64,000 nt of DNA from a bacterium. GTDB taxonomy: Bacteria; Bacteroidota; Bacteroidia; NS11-12g; UBA955. The stretch spans positions 9,336 to 73,335 of the forward strand of contig JAQSCZ010000094.1 in the NCBI GenBank assembly GCA_029945665.1, in the 5' to 3' direction. The first letter of the stretch is position 1. Every line of letters begins with the position of its first letter. Below, in pieces: positions 57,992-64,000 of this stretch. A program made the position numbers and the translations under genes. The notes below the pieces were generated by a model. The model was not told the DNA's origin and ran no database searches. It was given only the letters and a program-made list of their open reading frames with translations.

Positions 57992-59554
57992 TTACTCTTT
58001 AATTATTTTTTGAACAGATACCGCTTCCCCATTCGTAGTTTTTATAACAAGCGTATACATTGAAGCTTTGTAAAATTGTAAATCAATTTGCGGGTTAGAA
58101 TCATTTACTTTTAAATTTTGAACTAATAGACGACCATATAAATCATAAACATCTATCAAATAATCCTTGCCATGACTTATACTAACATTAAATTTACCAT
58201 TCGATGGATTAGGATAAATACTAAAATTAAATTTATTATGAGATATGACGTTTGTTGGCCGCCTAATATATTTAGAAGTATCGTGGTCCAAAATAAGAAC
58301 TTTATAGTCTTTTAATTCAATACTGTTTGGAATATTTGAACATAATGGAACATTAGGATAACTGTTCGAATTAGTTACCTCATTTAAATCCTTATCATAT
58401 TTCATTAGTACAACACTATAATTACCATTGTCATTAAAATAGGAATACAAAACGATACTACTATCGCTATCCCAAAACCCATGCAAGTAACCTAAATTAA
58501 CACCTATTTGCTTTTTTAATAATTTATTTAAGTTTAAGTCATAAATATATCCATAAATAGTGTGGAATTCGGGATCATTATTTTGACCTGTAAACATATA
58601 AATTTTTCCATTAGAAGAAACTAACTGGCAGCTGGGAAATTCAGTATAACTCGTATCGGTAAAAAACCTTGACTCCTTGTCAATTTGATTGTTAGAATTA
58701 TCGACAATAGCGACTGTTCCGGCCCCTAGTACATTCGGATTTTTTGAGATATCTTTAGAACGATCGTAGATTAAAATAACACTTTTATTTTCATTTTCCA
58801 ACTTACCAATAGATGTAGACATACTAAAATTATTACTATCTATATATCTATAATAATTAAATTTAAATCTAGTAATATCTGTATTACAACTCCCAAAAAA
58901 ACCTTTGAGATAAACATCATTAACATTTGTGTTTGGTGGATGAGCTCCATTACTTCCTGCAAACAAAAGTTCATTATTAACTATTTGAAAAGTTTCAAGC
59001 TCTTCTTCAATATAATGAACATTTTTAATTGTATCATTTTCTAAATTTACCAAGGCAGTTCCTCCACCCCATTTATTCCGAGAAACATAATAAATTAGGG
59101 TTTTCCTCGATAAATCATAATTTGCAAAACCAAACACTCTGCTGAAAGAGTCTCTCGTATTTTTATGTTCAATTTTTGTAAAATTAATCGGCTTGAAACA
59201 TGAATCTAACTCAAAAAAACAACCTTCTTCAAGTAAAAAGTTAGTGCCAAGACTGCCAGAAACAAGGAGTTTACCATTTAAAACACTTAAACCATAAATA
59301 TAAAAATCAGGATAGTCTCTGCTTTTGATATTAATCGTTTTTATTATTTGAGCGTTTTTATTTACAATGGCTATATTATAACTATTGAAATTTTGATAAT
59401 ATGCTATAAGATAATGGTCGTTCCATTCAACAACACCCCTATCCAAAATATTTTCAAAAGTACTTACATTTCCAATTTTTAGATTCCAATTCTGCCCCCT
59501 TGCGAGGGGGCAAAACCAGAATATTAAAAATGAATATAAAAATGATTTTAACAT
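57992..59554 (-). CDS. T9SS C-terminal-sorting-domain cargo protein (520 aa)
   Basis: Signal peptide, an Asn/Tyr-rich body and a C-terminal FSIYPNPSNGKFNVSI...YDLYGRLL...MYTLVIKT type A Por tail. The region looks very AT-rich by eye. Confidence 0.8.
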   Translation of the reverse strand: MLKSFLYSFLIFWFCPLARGQNWNLKIGNVSTFENILDRGVVEWNDHYLIAYYQNFNSYNIAIVNKNAQIIKTINIKSRDYPDFYIYGLSVLNGKLLVSGSLGTNFLLEEGCFFELDSCFKPINFTKIEHKNTRDSFSRVFGFANYDLSRKTLIYYVSRNKWGGGTALVNLENDTIKNVHYIEEELETFQIVNNELLFAGSNGAHPPNTNVNDVYLKGFFGSCNTDITRFKFNYYRYIDSNNFSMSTSIGKLENENKSVILIYDRSKDISKNPNVLGAGTVAIVDNSNNQIDKESRFFTDTSYTEFPSCQLVSSNGKIYMFTGQNNDPEFHTIYGYIYDLNLNKLLKKQIGVNLGYLHGFWDSDSSIVLYSYFNDNGNYSVVLMKYDKDLNEVTNSNSYPNVPLCSNIPNSIELKDYKVLILDHDTSKYIRRPTNVISHNKFNFSIYPNPSNGKFNVSISHGKDYLIDVYDLYGRLLVQNLKVNDSNPQIDLQFYKASMYTLVIKTTNGEAVSVQKIIKE

Positions 59555-59605
59555 TATTTTTCATTAAAATATAGGTCAATTCGATTCTATCTTGTTAATA
59601 CTTCA

Positions 59606-59971
59606 TTATTTAATACAATACAAACCAAATGCTGCAAAGGCTATACCAACAAAGTTAGTAAATAGTACATACAATAACGCCAAAGTTGTTTGATTATTTT
59701 TCCAAAGTTGCACAAATTCGATAGCAAAGGAGGAGAAGGTTGTAAAGCCACCCAAAATACCTGTTATTAAAAACAAGGCATACACCTCGTTCACCTTGAA
59801 TTTATTTAACAAACCTACTACTAAACCAATGCAAAAACAGCCCAAAACATTGACAATAAATGTGGTAGTTGGAAAATGAATACCATCTGATTTACCTATA
59901 AAAAGACTTATTAAATATCTTAAACTAGAGCCTAAGCCACCACCTAAAAAGACAATTAACAAGGCTTTCAT
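59606..59971 (-). CDS. crcB: fluoride ion channel CrcB/FluC
   Basis: GGGLGSSLRY and GILGGFTTFSSF motifs; 121 aa; 4 TM. Confidence 0.92.
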   Translation of the reverse strand: MKALLIVFLGGGLGSSLRYLISLFIGKSDGIHFPTTTFIVNVLGCFCIGLVVGLLNKFKVNEVYALFLITGILGGFTTFSSFAIEFVQLWKNNQTTLALLYVLFTNFVGIAFAAFGLYCIK

Positions 59972-60885
59972 TATGGATGGCGTACTAATTGTTGTTTTAC
60001 AATTTCAAGACCCTCATCAAAACTATGCGGCTGATAATTCAACACGCGCATGGCCTTATCTAATTTAAATCCAGTAATAGGTGGTCGCTTTGCAGGTTGA
60101 TTTAAGTTGGTAGAACTTGACCGCTTAATTAAAGTTGCATCGAGCTCATAATAATTAGCAATGGCATTTACCAAATCAAAAATATTCATAAAATCTTTAC
60201 CCGAAATATTAAACAGACCTTGTGCATTCTGATCTTCGGCTAAAAAACAACCCATGGCTAAATCTTCGGCCAGCGTTGGTGTTCTAAATTGATCGTCTAC
60301 TACATTAATCGATTGCCCTTTTTCTAATGCACCTTTGGCCCAAAGTACAATATTACTGCGGCTCATATCGTGCACAACACCATAAACTAAAACAGTTCTT
60401 AAAATGGCCCAATGATCGGCATGTGTTTTCACCATGTCCTCTCCTTTTAATTTCGACCAACCATAATAACTCAATGGCAAAGCTTCGTCCTCTTCACTAT
60501 AAGGACCATTTTTACCATCGAAAATAAAATCGGTAGAGATATGGATAAAGTGCGCATTTGCTTTTTTACAAGCCTCTGCCAAGTATTTAACCGCATCTAC
60601 ATTCAATGCATCACAAGCTTCTTTTTCTGTTTCGCAGGCATCTACATTGGTCATGGCGGCTGTATTAATAACACAATCAGGTTGAAAGCGATTGATGACT
60701 TCTTCTACTTCCGCTTGTTTAGTAATATCTAATGAAGCATAAATAAAATTATTGCGATGAGGATAGCGACAGTCCCCTAATGCAGTAGCTATTAAAGTTT
60801 TATTAGGTTTGGTTAAATATAAATCAATGAGCTTTTGTCCCAATAAGCCATTGGCACCTGTAATTAAAATTTTCTTATTCGCCAT
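59971..60885 (-). CDS. RmlD-like SDR (dTDP-4-dehydrorhamnose reductase family)
   Basis: ILITGANGLLGQ Rossmann motif, a YGWSK (YxxxK) catalytic motif and a substrate-binding-domain pattern. Its stop overlaps the crcB ATG by 1 nt (TAATG). Confidence 0.8.
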   Translation of the reverse strand: MANKKILITGANGLLGQKLIDLYLTKPNKTLIATALGDCRYPHRNNFIYASLDITKQAEVEEVINRFQPDCVINTAAMTNVDACETEKEACDALNVDAVKYLAEACKKANAHFIHISTDFIFDGKNGPYSEEDEALPLSYYGWSKLKGEDMVKTHADHWAILRTVLVYGVVHDMSRSNIVLWAKGALEKGQSINVVDDQFRTPTLAEDLAMGCFLAEDQNAQGLFNISGKDFMNIFDLVNAIANYYELDATLIKRSSSTNLNQPAKRPPITGFKLDKAMRVLNYQPHSFDEGLEIVKQQLVRHP

Positions 60886-60948
60886 TGTGCAAATGTAAGC
60901 CCTGAAACTTTAAAAATTAAATGCCAGCATGGTTGATTATTTAAAGTA

Positions 60949-61908
60949 TTAGAAATTATACCTCAATTCAAAGCCGGCAACAAATTTCCGAGTAAGGCCG
61001 TCTGGTCGAACTTCGCGAACAAGAATCGGCGATGCAAAACGCACAGTAATTGACCAATTGTCATTAAAGGTATAGGTTAGTGAAATGGGTATATTGATTG
61101 TTAAACCTTGAGAACCGTGAATTGCTCTTTCTACACCATTCCTATCAACCAATCTATCGTGTAAGAGATGATAGATTGCTAATACCCCGGCGGTGGCAGT
61201 AATATGCTTTTTATATTTAAATATTTTATCGGCTTTCAAAACTAAATCAGGTCTTCTAATTAAATGGTAGGATGAAAAATATTGATATGTTTTGGTCGCT
61301 CCCATTGATATAAGTGCTGTATCAAAGCCATTTTTATTAAATTGAAAGAGCGGCACTTGAACGCCAAAGGCAAACAACCATTTTTCTTTGTACAACATAT
61401 CGGCGCCAATTAATAAATCATGGGTACCCAAACTGCTTTGATAAGGCATAGGCAAAGCATTGATGCCATTTTCAACGTTTATCGTTCGCGATTGATTGGA
61501 ATTGTTTACACCAATTCTGGCACCAATATTCAAAGCCATTTGCCATTTATTAGTATCGCGAAAACGATAGGTATAAACACCCGTAACATCACCCAGTCCG
61601 CTATTGGCTCCCAAATTTCCATTGGCTGAAAAATAAGGAAGCTTTAGTTGTACCGTACTTTTTTTACTCAATCTAAGCATACCTTCTAACTGTGGCGTAA
61701 AAATTTTAACATTCTGTTCTCCCACGCCAACTTGTAGGTTTAGCGTAACACTTCCTTTATCAATTTTACCATGTGTTGAATTCATACCACCCGCAGTACA
61801 AATTCCTGCATCACTACAACCTTGTGATAGCAATGGATTACGTGGATTCAGCAACAAGGTGAACAAGACTAAAAAACACAGACTTTTATTGAGATTATAC
61901 AATTTCAT
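60949..61908 (-). CDS. outer-membrane beta-barrel protein (MetA-pathway/transporter-like)
   Basis: Signal peptide, a GLGD motif (NSGLGDVTGVY), and a C-terminal strand ELRYNF ending in Phe. Confidence 0.55.
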   Translation of the reverse strand: MKLYNLNKSLCFLVLFTLLLNPRNPLLSQGCSDAGICTAGGMNSTHGKIDKGSVTLNLQVGVGEQNVKIFTPQLEGMLRLSKKSTVQLKLPYFSANGNLGANSGLGDVTGVYTYRFRDTNKWQMALNIGARIGVNNSNQSRTINVENGINALPMPYQSSLGTHDLLIGADMLYKEKWLFAFGVQVPLFQFNKNGFDTALISMGATKTYQYFSSYHLIRRPDLVLKADKIFKYKKHITATAGVLAIYHLLHDRLVDRNGVERAIHGSQGLTINIPISLTYTFNDNWSITVRFASPILVREVRPDGLTRKFVAGFELRYNF

Positions 61909-62033
61909 AGCCTCGAAAATAACAAATTATTTGTTACTGAATGTTAATTAATAATTAAGCCTAATTTATTCACTCAATACATCTAACTGTATTTCAATTA
62001 GTTACAAAAAAACATTTTATATTTTTCCACAAA

Positions 62034-62058
62034 GTGGGGGAAAGTGGAGAAAAGTGGA
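62034..62058 (+). promoter_or_regulatory. putative MraZ operator: three GTGG(G/A) direct repeats with 10-nt periodicity
   Basis: GTGGG at 62034-38, GTGGA at 62044-48 and GTGGA at 62054-58, each preceded by AAA. The last repeat ends 41 nt upstream of the mraZ ATG. Confidence 0.6.
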
Positions 62059-62099
62059 TTTTTTGGTTTTACCTTTACCGAAAATTAATTTCAATCGGA

Positions 62100-62594
62100 A
62101 TGGCTAGGTTTATCGGAGAATTTGAGTGTAAAATTGACAACAAGGGTCGCATTATCTTGCCGGCTAAGTTGCGCTCGCAAATACCTGACAAGGATGCCAA
62201 GGCAATGGTAATAAACCGTGGATTTGAAAAGTGTTTGGTGCTTTATACCAATGCTGATTGGAACATGGAGACCGAAAAACTAACCGTTTTAAATGATTTT
62301 AGAAGAGATGCAAGAAAGTTCATCCGTCAGTTTAACAACGGCGCCAACATCGTTCCTATTGATGCTTCTAGTCGCATAAACATTCCCAATAGCTTAGCAG
62401 AATATGCTTCCTTAAAAGACGATATTATCATTTCGTGCTATAACCACAAAATAGAAATATGGAACAAAGCACACTTCGAGGAAGAATTGAAATTCGATGA
62501 TCAAGAATTCTCTCGCATGGCGGAAGAGTTGATGGGCAATTCAAATAACACTAACACCCCTAAAGGACCTGAAGCTGATGGTAAAACCAATTGA
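62100..62594 (+). CDS. mraZ: transcriptional regulator MraZ
   Basis: Two SpoVT/AbrB-like halves: DNKGRIILPAKLR and SSRINIPNSL. I moved the start to ATG 62100. Confidence 0.95.
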   Translation: MARFIGEFECKIDNKGRIILPAKLRSQIPDKDAKAMVINRGFEKCLVLYTNADWNMETEKLTVLNDFRRDARKFIRQFNNGANIVPIDASSRINIPNSLAEYASLKDDIIISCYNHKIEIWNKAHFEEELKFDDQEFSRMAEELMGNSNNTNTPKGPEADGKTN

Positions 62595-63492
62595 AGCATA
62601 CCACATACCGGCAATGTTGTCTGAATGTATTAATGGACTTGACATTAAAGAGGATGGTACCTATGTCGATGTAACCTTTGGAGGAGGCGGTCATTCAAAA
62701 GCAATACTGAATGCCTTAGGACCGAAGGGCAAATTATACGCGTTCGATCAAGACAACGATGCGGTGCAAAATTTACCTGATGATGAGCGTCTTGTTTTTA
62801 TCAATCATAACTTTAAATACATCAGTCAGTTTTTAGCTTATTTAAATGCAATACCTGTCGACGGCATTATGGCCGACCTAGGCATATCTTCTTATCAGAT
62901 TAATGAGGGAGAGAAAGGCTTTGCGCATCGCTTAGAAGGCAATTTAGACATGCGTATGGACAAGCAAGCAACGGTATCTGCAAGCGATGTAATTAATAAT
63001 TACACCGAAGCACAATTGCTCAAAGTATTTAGAACTTATGGCGAAATAAACAACGCTTATAAATTGGTACAAACACTGATCGATGTGCGCAAAACAGCAC
63101 CCATTATTACCATTTCAGATTTTAAAACTGCAATTAAAAACTGCACACCACCAAGAGAAGAAAGTAAATACTTATCACAGGTATTTCAAGCGTTAAGAAT
63201 AGAAGTAAACGAGGAAATGAAAGCGCTTGAAACATTGCTTTCGGCGTCTACACTATTGCTTAAAAAAGGCGGTCGATTAGTGGTATTGAGTTACCATTCA
63301 TTGGAAGACCGTTTAGTGAAAAACTTTATAAACTCGGGAAATACAGAAGGCGAAGTAGAAAAAGATTTTTTCGGTCAAACCAACATCCCATTTAAAGCCA
63401 TTATTAAAAAACCGATGGTGCCTAGCGATCAAGAAATATTAGATAACAAGCGCGTAAGAAGTGCCAAATTAAGAATTGCTGAAAAACGTTGA
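62578..63492 (+). CDS. rsmH: 16S rRNA (cytosine1402-N4)-methyltransferase RsmH
   Basis: DVTFGGGGHS and ADLGISSYQ motifs. Confidence 0.95.
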   Translation: MVKPIEAYHIPAMLSECINGLDIKEDGTYVDVTFGGGGHSKAILNALGPKGKLYAFDQDNDAVQNLPDDERLVFINHNFKYISQFLAYLNAIPVDGIMADLGISSYQINEGEKGFAHRLEGNLDMRMDKQATVSASDVINNYTEAQLLKVFRTYGEINNAYKLVQTLIDVRKTAPIITISDFKTAIKNCTPPREESKYLSQVFQALRIEVNEEMKALETLLSASTLLLKKGGRLVVLSYHSLEDRLVKNFINSGNTEGEVEKDFFGQTNIPFKAIIKKPMVPSDQEILDNKRVRSAKLRIAEKR

Positions 63493-63872
63493 ATCAATTC
63501 AAGAAAAATATAGCCAGTGAAAACGAAGTAAAAACACCAATTAATCCAGGTGCAGACGAAGCTTTGAAAAAGGCAAGTGAGTTTACTTTCTTTATTGACA
63601 AAGAAAACATTGGGAAAACCCTTCCAGCTATTATCATGGGTGTATTTGTTGCGATAGTCTATATATCACTTTCGCATTACCATGTGAAAAGTTTGAAACA
63701 GAAAGAAGAGTTGAAAAGAGAATTGAATGAATTGCGCTCTGAATATATTACTGTAAAAAGCAGCTTGATGAAAAAAAGCAATCAGAGCGAAGTAGCCAAA
63801 GAATTAGAAACCGAAGGCATTAAAGAATTAAGGACACCTCCTAACATTATAGAAATCGAAAACAAAAAGTGA
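63489..63872 (+). CDS. FtsL-like cell-division protein
   Basis: A single TM (LPAIIMGVFVAIVYISL) followed by a coiled coil, positioned between rsmH and ftsI; TTG start as in the track. Confidence 0.65.
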   Translation: MNQFKKNIASENEVKTPINPGADEALKKASEFTFFIDKENIGKTLPAIIMGVFVAIVYISLSHYHVKSLKQKEELKRELNELRSEYITVKSSLMKKSNQSEVAKELETEGIKELRTPPNIIEIENKK

Positions 63873-64000
63873 GTAATCTAAAAAAAGCCATATTGATTCG
63901 CGCCTGGGTTGCCTTTATCATGGTATTGATATTGGCAGGAGGCGTTGTATGGCAAATTATTACCCTTCAATTTACACAAAAAGAAAAATACTTAGCTATT
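63869..64000 (+). CDS. ftsI: penicillin-binding protein (FtsI/PBP3-like), N-terminal fragment running off the right edge
   Basis: My translation from the GTG overlapping the ftsL stop gives VSNLKKAILIRAWVAFIMVLILAGGVVWQIITLQFTQKEKYLAI (a TM anchor). It occupies the canonical dcw position. It is not in the ORF track because it is edge-truncated. Confidence 0.65.
   Translation, partial: MSNLKKAILIRAWVAFIMVLILAGGVVWQIITLQFTQKEKYLAI

Noticed and set aside
59488-59510. A GC-rich hairpin, GCCCCCT-tgcg-AGGGGGC, inside the signal-peptide coding region of the 520-aa T9SS gene.
   Set aside because: It is a single short stem inside a CDS (it encodes CPLARGQ), and nothing further supports a regulatory role.
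60886-60948. A fluoride riboswitch (crcB motif) upstream of the crcB operon.
   Set aside because: crcB overlaps the upstream RmlD-like gene (TAATG), so there is no leader directly before it. The 63-nt region upstream of the RmlD-like gene lacks the conserved GATGAT..CCT-type crcB-motif core that I looked for.

Overview
AT-rich Bacteroidota-type chromosomal segment. Supporting signs are T9SS C-terminal sorting domains, TAnnTTTG-type -7 boxes, an rplM-rpsI-rpsB-tsf block and split CoxIII genes. It holds roughly 60 protein genes, mostly housekeeping. These include an edge-truncated alpha-2-macroglobulin, patatin, gpsA, a DAACS symporter, radA, tpiA, rlmN, era, secA and the ribosomal-protein/tsf operon. 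There is also a UDP-sugar/glycosyltransferase cluster next to waaA, a soluble acyl-ACP desaturase and a B12-type mutase catalytic subunit. A complete aa3-type cytochrome c oxidase cluster is present (coxII, coxI, ctaA, ctaB, two coxIII, coxIV, SCO, DUF420). The window ends with crcB and the start of the dcw cluster (mraZ-rsmH-ftsL-ftsI). I saw no rRNA, intact tRNA or CRISPR array. Four kinds of non-core content stand out. (1) A translationally coupled operon at 12.2-15.9 kb encodes a mini-GrpE, an 836-aa Hsp70 paralogue and an HPD-less tail-anchored partner; this is my best candidate for an undescribed system. (2) A decayed accessory patch lies between secA and the ribosomal operon (27.4-33.6 kb). 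It carries an IS3-like two-ORF transposase, an orphan tRNA-Ser-like 3' fragment abutting a truncated M43-like protease, an XRE regulator, and a T9SS cargo gene split by a frameshift at a (TA)6 tract. (3) A T9SS cargo gene sits next to crcB, bracketed by a 64-bp duplication of the crcB 3' end. (4) Several intergenic repeat families occur: a 20-34 bp perfect palindrome in 3 copies, a 43-bp tandem array, MITE-like ~170-bp units after era, and a ~100-bp imperfect palindrome upstream of secA. All functional calls come from reading motifs in the translations by eye; no database search was run.
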